Shown here: piece by piece, positions 49,914-58,183 of the stretch
Layout: each line of letters begins with the position of its first letter
Numbering within the stretch: the first letter of the stretch is position 1
Assembly (NCBI GenBank): GCA_002371615.1
Contig: DFGA01000033.1
Span: forward strand, 14,184 to 78,183
Reading direction: 5' to 3'
Origin: Lachnospiraceae bacterium UBA3762
GTDB lineage: Bacteria; Bacillota; Clostridia; Lachnospirales; Lachnospiraceae
DNA length: 64,000 nucleotides
The notes under the pieces: generated by a model
Seen by the model: only the letters and a program-made list of their open reading frames with translations
Told to the model about the DNA's origin: nothing
The model's database searches: none
Translations under genes and position numbers: made by a program

Positions 49914-50568
49914 AATAGCGGTCGTTAAAGAGCGGGATCCGGCGATTCATTCATCGATGGAGGTATTTCTGTATCCGTCGTTTCGCGTAATGATTAGTTA
50001 CAGGATCGCTCATAAACTGTATATGAAGAAGCATTATTTCCTTGCAAGGTGGATCTCACAGCGGGCAGTGCGTAAGACGGGAATCGAGATACATCCCGGT
50101 GCGGTGATAGGCGAAGGATTCTTTATTGATCACGGAAACGGAGTAGTCATCGGCGAGACAGCGGAAATAGGGAACAACGTTACTCTCTATCAGGGAGTGA
50201 CTCTAGGCGGTACGGGCAAGGAGTCCGGAAAGAGACATCCGACCGTGTGCGATAACGTTATGATATCTGCCGGTGCCAAGGTGCTTGGCTCATTTACCAT
50301 AGGAGAGGGTTCCAAGATAGGAGCGGGTTCTGTGGTGCTTGAAGCGGTTCCGCCGCATTCAACGGTCGTTGGTGTGCCCGGGCATGTAGTAAACCGGAAG
50401 AATTCGGTTATGCCGCGGGAGACGCTTGATCAGACCGATCTTCCGGATCCGGTACAGGAAGATATAATGACACTCAAGAAGGAGAACTCCGAACTTACTA
50501 CGAGGCTGCTTAATCTTGAGGATGAGATGAGATCCCTGAAGAGATCCGTGGATGCCGGGCAGAAATAA
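49885..50568 (+). CDS. cysE: Serine O-acetyltransferase
   Basis: ERDPAIHS...FLARWISQ..RKTGIEIHPGAVIG.GFFIDHG.GVVIGETAEIG..V.LYQGVTLGG. It overlaps the upstream membrane-protein gene by 29 nt. Confidence 0.9.
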   Translation: MGLIKSIKNEIAVVKERDPAIHSSMEVFLYPSFRVMISYRIAHKLYMKKHYFLARWISQRAVRKTGIEIHPGAVIGEGFFIDHGNGVVIGETAEIGNNVTLYQGVTLGGTGKESGKRHPTVCDNVMISAGAKVLGSFTIGEGSKIGAGSVVLEAVPPHSTVVGVPGHVVNRKNSVMPRETLDQTDLPDPVQEDIMTLKKENSELTTRLLNLEDEMRSLKRSVDAGQK

Positions 50569-50619
50569 GATTATGGGATGAGGCAGATATTTGCCAACAA
50601 CAGGAAAGAGGATTTGATC

Positions 50620-51363
50620 ATGTTTGACGCACATAAAACAACAGAAGAATGTGTTAAGTGGATACGTGATTTTTTTGAAGAAAACGGGAAAGGGTGTAAT
50701 GCCGTGCTCGGGATTTCCGGAGGAAAGGACTCATCGGTTACTGCAGCTCTATGTGTAGAAGCACTCGGAAAAGACAGAGTCGTTGGTGTTCTCATGCCAA
50801 ACGGAGAGCAGTCCGATATTGATATGGCACATCTCCTGTGTGAGCATCTCGGAATCAAAAATTATACCGTCAATATCAAAGATGCTGTGGATGGTGTTAA
50901 AAATGCCGTACCGTTTGAACTGTCGGAACAAAGTACTACCAATCTTCCGCCAAGGATCAGAATGGCTACGGTTTATGCTGTATCGCAAAGCTGTAACGGA
51001 AGAGTTGTCAACACATGCAATCTTTCTGAGGACTGGGTAGGATATTCGACCAGGTACGGAGATGCGGCAGGTGATTTTAGCCCGCTGGCGCAGTTGACAG
51101 TGCAGGAAGTTAAGGCTGTCGGAAGATATCTTGGATTGCCGGAGGTTCTGATCGAGAAAGTGCCGGCTGACGGGCTGTGCGGTAAGACAGACGAAGATAA
51201 TCTCGGATTCACATATGCCGTATTGGATAGATATATTCGTACAGGGGAGATTGATGATCCCGAAACAAAGGAACTGATCGACAGGAAACATCGAGCCAAC
51301 ACATTTAAGCTTAAGCCGATGCCGCATTTTGATTCCGGAATCGAGATTAAAGCAGATAACTGA
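50620..51363 (+). CDS. nadE: NH3-dependent NAD+ synthetase
   Basis: VLGISGGKDSSV (PP-loop), and the size and layout of NadE. The ATG at 50620 follows AGGAAAGAGG. Confidence 0.9.
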   Translation: MFDAHKTTEECVKWIRDFFEENGKGCNAVLGISGGKDSSVTAALCVEALGKDRVVGVLMPNGEQSDIDMAHLLCEHLGIKNYTVNIKDAVDGVKNAVPFELSEQSTTNLPPRIRMATVYAVSQSCNGRVVNTCNLSEDWVGYSTRYGDAAGDFSPLAQLTVQEVKAVGRYLGLPEVLIEKVPADGLCGKTDEDNLGFTYAVLDRYIRTGEIDDPETKELIDRKHRANTFKLKPMPHFDSGIEIKADN

Positions 51364-51380
51364 GTATTTGAGGTAAACAT

Positions 51381-52040
51381 ATGCGTATAGGAATGGGTTA
51401 TGACGTGCACCGGCTCGGACCGGACCGGAAGATGATAATAGGCGGAGTTGAGATTCCGTATGAATTGGGTCTTATCGGACATTCGGATGCCGATGTGCTT
51501 CTTCACGCGATAATGGATGCGCTCCTCGGAGCGGCAGCTCTCGGGGATATAGGAAAACATTTTCCGGATACGGACGAGCGGTATAAAGATATTTCATCCC
51601 TTAAGTTACTGGGGATCGTTGCTGATCTTATAGCAGATAACGGATTTATCATCGAGAACATTGATGCGACTATAATAGCACAGAAGCCCAAGATGAGGCC
51701 CTACATCGATGAGATGAGGTTTCGTATTTCCGAGACACTCGGAATAGAAGTTACCCAGGTAAACGTCAAGGCAACTACAGAAGAGGGACTCGGATTTACC
51801 GGAAACGGTGAAGGAATAAGCTCCCAGGCAGTCTGTATGTTGTCTGCTGCGGCGGACCTTCGTGATGAAAGCATTGCTGTTGCCACTGACGCTGATGGTG
51901 AGTTTGTACGTCCATGCGGAGCGTGTGGCGGCTGTATCGCAGCAGACCAGGCAGATACAGGTATATACGACAGAAAGAAAACAGACAGGAAAGATAAGAA
52001 AAATAAAAAAGACAAGAAAACCAAGAAAAAGAAGAAATAA
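51381..52040 (+). CDS. ispF: 2-C-methyl-D-erythritol 2,4-cyclodiphosphate synthase with an unusual ~60-aa C-terminal extension
   Basis: [12 protein letters not shown]...[18 protein letters not shown]...GDIG.HFPD...IIAQ.PKM covers about 157 aa of IspF. An extension with a CGACGGC motif and a poly-Lys tail follows. Confidence 0.85.
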   Translation: MRIGMGYDVHRLGPDRKMIIGGVEIPYELGLIGHSDADVLLHAIMDALLGAAALGDIGKHFPDTDERYKDISSLKLLGIVADLIADNGFIIENIDATIIAQKPKMRPYIDEMRFRISETLGIEVTQVNVKATTEEGLGFTGNGEGISSQAVCMLSAAADLRDESIAVATDADGEFVRPCGACGGCIAADQADTGIYDRKKTDRKDKKNKKDKKTKKKKK

Positions 52041-52057
52041 AACAGGAGAGTATTCCG

Positions 52058-53515
52058 ATGAAAATATACAATTCACTTACAAAAAAAGTTGAGGAGTTTG
52101 TACCGAATGTACCCGGAAAGGTCAATATGTACACATGCGGACCTACGGTTTACCATTTTGCCCATATCGGGAACCTTAGAAGCTACCTTATGGAAGATGT
52201 GCTTGAAAAACTGCTGAGATTCAGCGGTTATGATGTAAAGCGTGTCATGAACATAACCGATGTAGGCCACCTGTCATCCGATGCCGATACCGGTGAGGAC
52301 AAGATGCTAAAGGGCGCAAAACGTGAGCACAAGACAGTTATGGAGATAGCAAAGTTCTATACGGACGCTTTCTTTGCCGATTGCGCAAAGCTTAATATCA
52401 AGACTCCTGATGTTGTGGAGCCGGCTACAAACTGCATCCCCGAATTCATCCACATGATCGAGGTTCTCCTTGAGAAGGGCTATGCGTACAAAGCAGGCGA
52501 GAACGTATACTTTGACACATCAAAACTTGACAATTACTATGTGTTCGGCAATCAGAACGAAGAAGAACTTATGGTTGGTGTAAGGGACGATGTTACCGAA
52601 GATGAGAACAAACGTAACAAAAATGATTTTGTCCTCTGGTTTACCAAGTCGAAGTTCGAAGACCAGGCGCTTAAATGGGACAGTCCCTGGGGTGTAGGCT
52701 ATCCGGGATGGCATATTGAGTGCTCATGCATCAGCATGAAGCATCTGGGCGAATATATGGATATCCACTGCGGAGGTGTTGATAACATGTTCCCGCATCA
52801 CACGAACGAAATAGCCCAGTCGGAGGCTTTTGCCGGTCATAAATGGTGCAATTACTGGTTCCATGTGCATCATCTTAACGACGAGACCGGTAAGATGAGC
52901 AAATCAAAGGGTGAATTCCTGACTGTGTCATTGCTTGAAGAAAAGGGTTATGATCCGCTTGTATACCGTCTGTTTACGCTTCAGAGCCATTACCGCAAGC
53001 CTCTTGTGTTTACTTATGATGCGCTTGATCAGGCAGCCAAGACGTATAAAAAACTTAAGAATAAGATAGCATCACTTGACTGTGCCGGTGATGTTGATGA
53101 GGCAGCCGGGAAGGAGTGGCATGACAAGTTTGCCGAGGTTGTCGGAAACGATGTGAATACGGCGATGGGGCTTACGCTCGTATACGATGTGTTAAAGAGT
53201 GATCTGAACGGGGCGACCAAGAGAGCCGTGATTGATGATTTTGACTATGTTCTGGGACTGAAACTGACTGAAGCAGCCGATGGCAAGGCAGGTGGAGGTC
53301 TTGGAGCCGGTGCGGATTCGGGAACATTTAACGGTAACGTTGACGGAATAGACGATCCGGATCTTGTGGCTCACATAGAAGAAAAAATAGCGGAGCGAGC
53401 TGCTGCCAAGAAAGAGAAGAACTTTGCCCTTGCGGATGAGATAAGAGCGCAGCTTCTTGCAGAGGGAATCGTACTGGAGGATACACGCGAAGGTGTTAAA
53501 TACCATAAAGGATGA
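52058..53515 (+). CDS. cysS: Cysteine--tRNA ligase
   Basis: MYTCGPTVYHFAHIGNLR (HIGH), KMSKS and WHIECS. Confidence 0.97.
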   Translation: MKIYNSLTKKVEEFVPNVPGKVNMYTCGPTVYHFAHIGNLRSYLMEDVLEKLLRFSGYDVKRVMNITDVGHLSSDADTGEDKMLKGAKREHKTVMEIAKFYTDAFFADCAKLNIKTPDVVEPATNCIPEFIHMIEVLLEKGYAYKAGENVYFDTSKLDNYYVFGNQNEEELMVGVRDDVTEDENKRNKNDFVLWFTKSKFEDQALKWDSPWGVGYPGWHIECSCISMKHLGEYMDIHCGGVDNMFPHHTNEIAQSEAFAGHKWCNYWFHVHHLNDETGKMSKSKGEFLTVSLLEEKGYDPLVYRLFTLQSHYRKPLVFTYDALDQAAKTYKKLKNKIASLDCAGDVDEAAGKEWHDKFAEVVGNDVNTAMGLTLVYDVLKSDLNGATKRAVIDDFDYVLGLKLTEAADGKAGGGLGAGADSGTFNGNVDGIDDPDLVAHIEEKIAERAAAKKEKNFALADEIRAQLLAEGIVLEDTREGVKYHKG

Positions 53516-53915
53516 TTTTGGGCTTACCGGGTCTGATCCGGGACAGTATTCGCCGCTTTCACTTGCATTTATCGGAGACAGTATATACGGAGCCATAGCC
53601 AAAAGCGTTGTGGTACTACGGGGAAACTGCCCCGCAAATGCGCTTGATCATAAGGCAGTCAAATATATCAAGGCGGTAAGTCAGGCTAAAGTTGCGGATC
53701 AACTGGTAGATAAAGGGCTTCTGACTGATGAGGAGACGGCTGTATATAAGCGTGGGCGAAACGCAAAATCACCTACCACAGCGAAAAATGCTCCGGTCGG
53801 GGATTACAGGAAGGCTACGGGGCTTGAGGCACTTGTAGGATACCTGTATTTAAAAGGCGATATGGACCGTGTACTGGAGATTATGAAGATAGCGGTTGAA
53901 TTTCTTGATTCGTAA
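53493..53915 (+). CDS. mrnC: Mini-ribonuclease 3
   Basis: LSLAFIGDSIYG...YKRGRN...YRKATGLEALVGYLYL is the Mini-III signature. A GTG at 53493 lies downstream of GGAGG (53476-53480). The start is uncertain; the track uses the TTG at 53457. Confidence 0.8.
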   Translation: MLNTIKDDFGLTGSDPGQYSPLSLAFIGDSIYGAIAKSVVVLRGNCPANALDHKAVKYIKAVSQAKVADQLVDKGLLTDEETAVYKRGRNAKSPTTAKNAPVGDYRKATGLEALVGYLYLKGDMDRVLEIMKIAVEFLDS

Positions 53916-53956
53916 AGATTGGGTTTAATACCTGTTTGGGGAAGAATTACCGGGAT

Positions 53957-54730
53957 ATGGGATACGAAGAATTCACAATAGAAGGACGCAACGCTGTCAT
54001 AGAGGCGCTTCGCGCAGGTAAGACTATCGACAGGCTGTTTGTTCTCGACGGCTGTAGCGACGGGCCTGTTTCTACGATAAAACGCGAAGCTAAGAAGAGA
54101 GATGTGCAGATCAAGTTTGTTGATAAGGACAGGCTTGACAGCATGAGCACTACAGGCCATCATCAGGGCGTTATCGCAAAGTGTGCCGCATATGAATATG
54201 CGGAGGTTTCCGATATCCTGAAGAAGGCTGAAGATGCAGGGGAAGATCCTTTTATAATACTGCTTGATAACATAGAGGACCCGCATAATCTCGGAGCGAT
54301 TATAAGGTCAGCCAATCTTGCCGGAGCACATGGAGTTATCATTCCGAAAAATCGTGCCGTTGGTCTTACCGCAACGGTTGCAAGAACGAGTGCGGGAGCA
54401 CTTAACTATACACCTGTTGCAAAGGTTACGAATCTCGCAAGGACTATAGATGACCTGAAGAAGAGCGGGATATGGATAGCCTGTGCCGATATGGACGGGC
54501 AGTTGATGTATGATCAGAACCTTACCGGACCGATCGGACTGGTGATAGGGAACGAAGGAGACGGTGTAAGCAGACTTGTCAAAGAAAAGTGCGACTACGT
54601 ATGCTCGATTCCTATGAAAGGTGATATTGATTCCCTTAATGCATCGGTTGCGGCAGGTGTGCTGATGTATGAAGTGGTTAGACAAAGGCAGATGGGAGGG
54701 ACCCACGAGTTATCTTGCACGAAGTGCTAG
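53957..54730 (+). CDS. rlmB: 23S rRNA (guanosine-2'-O-)-methyltransferase, SpoU/TrmH family
   Basis: IEGRNAVIEAL...LDNIEDPHNLGAIIRSA...GNEGDGVS...IPM.G.IDSLNASVAAGVL. It occupies the conserved position after mrnC. Confidence 0.85.
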   Translation: MGYEEFTIEGRNAVIEALRAGKTIDRLFVLDGCSDGPVSTIKREAKKRDVQIKFVDKDRLDSMSTTGHHQGVIAKCAAYEYAEVSDILKKAEDAGEDPFIILLDNIEDPHNLGAIIRSANLAGAHGVIIPKNRAVGLTATVARTSAGALNYTPVAKVTNLARTIDDLKKSGIWIACADMDGQLMYDQNLTGPIGLVIGNEGDGVSRLVKEKCDYVCSIPMKGDIDSLNASVAAGVLMYEVVRQRQMGGTHELSCTKC

Positions 54731-54739
54731 ATGCCACCC

Positions 54740-54825
54740 GGCGAGGGTGGGAGGTCCGCGTCTGCACCGCGAGCCCCTGTCGACGAAGTCGACTTAATTG
54801 GCGAGCGACCTTAGAAAAGGCAGAT
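54740..54825. repeat. GC-rich hairpin-rich intergenic element, copy B (related to 56598..56675)
   Basis: The core 54780-54813 (TCGACGAAGTCGACTTAATTGGCGAGCGACCTTA) aligns by eye with 56627-56661 (TCGACGAAGTTGAACCAAATGTCCGAGCGTCCTTA). The flanks GGCGAGGG...GAGCCCC versus GACGAGAGG...GAGCCTC are also similar. Confidence 0.4.
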
Positions 54826-54840
54826 GGGAGTTGATAAACC

Positions 54841-55446
54841 GTGAAATCCGACCTGGAACTTATCCTTGCTCTTCGCGACGGCGACGGCAAAGCCATTGAC
54901 CAGATAATAGACAGATATAAGGACCTGGTTCGTAAAAAAGCCGGAAGCATGTTCATACTCGGTGCAGATAAAGAGGATCTGATCCAGGAAGGTATGATCG
55001 GACTCTTTAAAGCGGTTCGTGATTATGATCCGGGAAGGGACGCAAGCTTTCATACTTTTGCGGATCTGTGTGTATCACGTCAGATGTATAAGGCTGTGGA
55101 AGCCGGAAACCGCAAGAAACATGCGCCGCTGAATTCATATATATCAATTTATGAGGACGAATCAGACAGCACAAATAGCGAAGACGGGGCAGGCATTCCG
55201 GAAATGCTTCTCGCGCAGGCGGGTAAGAGCCCGGAGGATATGCTTATAGACAGGGAGACCGCTGAAAGTCTTGAACAGGAAATATATGAGGGTTTGAGTG
55301 ATTTTGAACAAAAAGTTCTGAACCTGAAACTTACGGGATTATCATATTCGGACATTGCCAAGATCCTCGGACGTGATGAAAAATCAACAGATAATGCCCT
55401 TTCCAGAATAAAGGTCAAAGTCAGGAAGATACTTGATAGAAAATGA
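54841..55446 (+). CDS. sigH: RNA polymerase sigma factor SigH (sigma-30)
   Basis: LIQEGMIGLFKAVRDYDP...SFHTFADLCVSRQ...KHAPLNSY, with a region 4 HTH at the C-terminus. It occupies the conserved position after rlmB. GTG start follows GGGAG. Confidence 0.85.
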   Translation: MKSDLELILALRDGDGKAIDQIIDRYKDLVRKKAGSMFILGADKEDLIQEGMIGLFKAVRDYDPGRDASFHTFADLCVSRQMYKAVEAGNRKKHAPLNSYISIYEDESDSTNSEDGAGIPEMLLAQAGKSPEDMLIDRETAESLEQEIYEGLSDFEQKVLNLKLTGLSYSDIAKILGRDEKSTDNALSRIKVKVRKILDRK

Positions 55447-56414
55447 AGCAGATAAAGATAGCATTTACGGATTTCTGGGATGTCTTTGATCCTGCAGATA
55501 ATTTCATAACAGAGGCGCTTAGGAAAAACTTCGAGGTCAGCATATGTGATGATCCCGATTTTGTTTTTTGCTCCATATTCGGGCGCAAGCATTTGAAATA
55601 CGATTGTGCCAAGGTGTTCTATACGGGTGAGAACATTGAACCGGACTTTAATCTTGTTGACTATGCATTGGGATTTCCCGAGATGGATTATTATGACAGG
55701 TATTTACGCCTCCCGCATTATGTTTTGTACCCTCGCGCCTGTGAACTTGCCGTAAAAAAGCCTTTAATGACGGATGAGGAATTACTGTCGAGGGATTTTT
55801 GCAGTTATGTCATAAGTAATGCGGTATCGGCGACAGAGCGCGGGATAATGCTTGATAAACTTGGCAGATACAAGGCTCTTGCATCCGGCGGAAGATATCA
55901 TAATAACGTGGGTGGGCCTGTAGCCGATAAGATAAACTTTTCGAAGGGTTATAAATTCTCAATCGCATTTGAGAACAGCTCATCCCGGGGCTATACTACC
56001 GAAAAGATAATGGAAAGCTTCGCTGCAGATACTGTTCCGATATACTGGGGGAATCCTGATATCGCAAGGGAGTTTAATCCTGACAGTTTCGTCAACTGCC
56101 ATGATTTTGACCGTTTTGAGGATGTGATCGAATATGTCAGGAAGATCGACAACGATGACGGGTTGTATCTCAAGATGGTAAGATCCCCGATAGTGCGCGA
56201 GGATTCGCTTGCGGCAAAGTGCCTGGACAAGAACTATCTTGCTGATTATCTGTACAGGATATGTTCGCAGGACCCTAAGGAAGCCATAAGGCGGAACCGG
56301 ATATATCAGGGCAAATACTATGAGGATGAAGCAAGAGCACACGAGAAGATGGATGCAGTCCTGAGACTTCCGAGGAGGTTTGTCAGGGGAATGAAAAATA
56401 TAATGAAAAAATAA
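55443..56414 (+). CDS. GT10-family alpha-1,3/4-fucosyltransferase-like glycosyltransferase
   Basis: FCSYVISNA...KYKFSIAFENSSSRGYTTEKIMESF...TVPIYWGNP resembles the FutA-type GT10 motifs. Its start overlaps the sigH stop (ATGA). Confidence 0.75.
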   Translation: MKQIKIAFTDFWDVFDPADNFITEALRKNFEVSICDDPDFVFCSIFGRKHLKYDCAKVFYTGENIEPDFNLVDYALGFPEMDYYDRYLRLPHYVLYPRACELAVKKPLMTDEELLSRDFCSYVISNAVSATERGIMLDKLGRYKALASGGRYHNNVGGPVADKINFSKGYKFSIAFENSSSRGYTTEKIMESFAADTVPIYWGNPDIAREFNPDSFVNCHDFDRFEDVIEYVRKIDNDDGLYLKMVRSPIVREDSLAAKCLDKNYLADYLYRICSQDPKEAIRRNRIYQGKYYEDEARAHEKMDAVLRLPRRFVRGMKNIMKK

Positions 56415-56425
56415 GATTGCTGTAT

Positions 56426-56455
56426 TTGACTTTTATATAGTCACTATGATAGAAT
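56426..56455 (+). promoter_or_regulatory. Candidate sigma-A promoter for tRNA-Thr
   Basis: TTGACT (56426-56431), 18-nt spacer, TGaTAGAAT extended -10 (56447-56455). It lies about 12 nt upstream of the tRNA. Confidence 0.5.
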
Positions 56456-56467
56456 CTTCTAGGTTTA

Positions 56468-56540
56468 GCTGACGTGGCACAGTAGGTAGCGCACCGCATT
56501 GGTAGTGCGGAGGTCTCGGGTCCGATTCCCGACGTCAGCA
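56468..56540 (+). tRNA. tRNA-Thr (anticodon GGT) with an atypical T-loop
   Basis: Acceptor GCTGACG/CGTCAGC, anticodon arm CCGCA-TTGGTAG-TGCGG, T-arm TCGGG-TCCGATT-CCCGA. This places C where the near-universal U55 is expected. Confidence 0.8.
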
Positions 56541-56597
56541 TATGTCACGATTGCTTAGCAATCGTGACGCGGCGACATCGCGAAGCGATGTTGGTTC

Positions 56598-56675
56598 TTG
56601 ACGAGAGGACGAGTCCTGTGAGCCTCTCGACGAAGTTGAACCAAATGTCCGAGCGTCCTTATTAGGCGACATCTG
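56598..56675. repeat. GC-rich hairpin-rich intergenic element, copy A (related to 54740..54825)
   Basis: See copy B. The core is 56627-56661. Confidence 0.4.
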
Positions 56676-56697
56676 CATCGCAGATGTTGTTTTTTTA
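56667..56697 (+). terminator. Rho-independent terminator immediately upstream of the MATE gene
   Basis: CGACATCTGC-ATC-GCAGATGTTG (10 bp including one G-U pair) followed by 8 T residues. Confidence 0.7.
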
Positions 56698-56715
56698 TCT
56701 TGAGAATAGTTGATC

Positions 56716-58095
56716 ATGCGTAAATTTATCGGAACAAAACAATTCTATAAGAACGTATTTGCCATAGCCCTTCCGATCATGGCCCAAAACGGTATATCCA
56801 ATATTGTCAACATGCTTGATAATCTTATGGTTGGCCGTATAGGAACAGAGCAGTTGTCGGGCGTCTCTATAGTAAATGACCTGATGTTTGTATACCAGTT
56901 GTGCCTGTTCGGAGCTATAAGCGGTGCGGGAATATTTACTGCGCAATATTTCGGTCAGGGGAATGAAAACGGTGTAAGGGACACATTCAGGATTAAACTT
57001 GTAATCTGCGGATTTATTATGCTGCTTGGATTTGCAGTATTCGGGTTTGGCGACAGAACACTGATATCCTTCTATCTTCATGAAGGTTCACAATCGGGAG
57101 ATCTGGCGGCTACACTGCAATACGGGCATGTATATATGATGTTTATGCTTGCGGGACTCCTGCCGCAGGCTGCTGAATTTGTATACTCATCAACCCTGCG
57201 TGAGACCGGGGAGACCGTGGTTCCCATGCGTGCAAGCTTTGCTGCCGTACTTATCAATCTGGTTCTTAACTATATTCTTATATACGGTAAATTCGGATTT
57301 CCGGTACTCGGAGTTGCGGGTGCTGCAATAGCTACGGCAATATCCAGAATAATACAGGCGCTGATCGTAATACTGTGGACACACAGACATAACGATATCA
57401 AGCCGTATATTAACGGTGTCTATTCGTCGTTTAAGGTGGCGGGATCTCTTGTTAAGAAAGTATGCGTTACAGGACTGCCGCTTGTGATTAATGAGAGCCT
57501 GTGGTCGATAGGAATAGTTCTGCAAAAACAGAGTTACTCAACCCGTGGTCTTGCGGTCGTTGCCGGACTTAATATCAATTCCACGTTCTTTAATGTATTT
57601 TCCATATGTTTCGTTGCCTTCGGGGATGCGGTTGCCATCATTGTAGGTCAGCTTCTTGGAGCAGGAAAGATGGATGAAGCAAAGGATACCGGGCTTAAGA
57701 TCAATGTTTTCGTTACCGCATCCTGTATAGTGATGGGGTTGGTTGTATTAGCCGCAGCCCCATATCTTCCGGAGTTTTACAATACCACACCGGAGGTAAA
57801 ATCACTGGCAAGTGATTTTCTCCGTGTGACAGGGTTAATGATGCCGCTGTTCGGACTGTGCCACAGCCTGTACTTTACAATACGTGCGGGCGGCAAGACA
57901 TTCATCACGTTCCTGTTTGACAGTGCATTTTTGATGGTTGTCGGTGTGCCGCTGGCGTTTGTGCTGACAAGATACACGGGCCTTGATATAGTGAGCATTT
58001 ATGCAATCTGCGAAGGAACAGCGCTTATCAAGGTGATCATCGGATTTGCGATATCGACAAGCGGAGTCTGGATGCAGAATATCGTTAGTGAGTGA
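56716..58095 (+). CDS. MATE-family efflux transporter
   Basis: FAIALPIMAQNGISNIVNMLDNLMVGRIG with 12 predicted TM segments, and the size and layout of a MATE transporter. Confidence 0.9.
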   Translation: MRKFIGTKQFYKNVFAIALPIMAQNGISNIVNMLDNLMVGRIGTEQLSGVSIVNDLMFVYQLCLFGAISGAGIFTAQYFGQGNENGVRDTFRIKLVICGFIMLLGFAVFGFGDRTLISFYLHEGSQSGDLAATLQYGHVYMMFMLAGLLPQAAEFVYSSTLRETGETVVPMRASFAAVLINLVLNYILIYGKFGFPVLGVAGAAIATAISRIIQALIVILWTHRHNDIKPYINGVYSSFKVAGSLVKKVCVTGLPLVINESLWSIGIVLQKQSYSTRGLAVVAGLNINSTFFNVFSICFVAFGDAVAIIVGQLLGAGKMDEAKDTGLKINVFVTASCIVMGLVVLAAAPYLPEFYNTTPEVKSLASDFLRVTGLMMPLFGLCHSLYFTIRAGGKTFITFLFDSAFLMVVGVPLAFVLTRYTGLDIVSIYAICEGTALIKVIIGFAISTSGVWMQNIVSE

Positions 58096-58133
58096 ATTAC
58101 AGGAAAATCTCTGCGCTTATGTCCGTTTAGCCA

Positions 58134-58162
58134 TTGAGAAACGCGACGTGATGTGCTAATAT
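58134..58162 (+). promoter_or_regulatory. Candidate sigma-A promoter of the B12-regulated operon
   Basis: TTGAGA (58134-58139), 17-nt spacer, TGcTAATAT extended -10 (58154-58162). Confidence 0.55.
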
Positions 58163-58183
58163 TTGTTATAATTGAATACCAAA

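Noticed and set aside
50749-51560. 192-aa and 195-aa minus-strand ORFs spanning nadE/ispF
   Set aside because: They are antisense to two well-supported housekeeping genes and show no motifs.
51840-52057. Possible T-box leader upstream of cysS, as in Bacillus-type cysE-cysS operons
   Set aside because: I found no T-box sequence (AAxxGGGTGGTACCGCG-like), no specifier-loop architecture and no terminator/antiterminator pair. The region is instead an open continuation of the ispF frame.
56541-56700. Known guanidine riboswitch classes (ykkC, mini-ykkC) upstream of the MATE transporter
   Set aside because: The conserved ykkC elements (GGUCCGAGAG plus ACGG..GGGA..AAAGCCCGGGAG) are absent. The paired ACGR-tetraloop hairpins of mini-ykkC are also absent. 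Only a superficial GTCCGAGCG match is present.
56535-57081. 60-aa and 128-aa minus-strand ORFs
   Set aside because: The first overlaps the tRNA-Thr 3' end and the hairpin leader. The second is antisense to the MATE gene.
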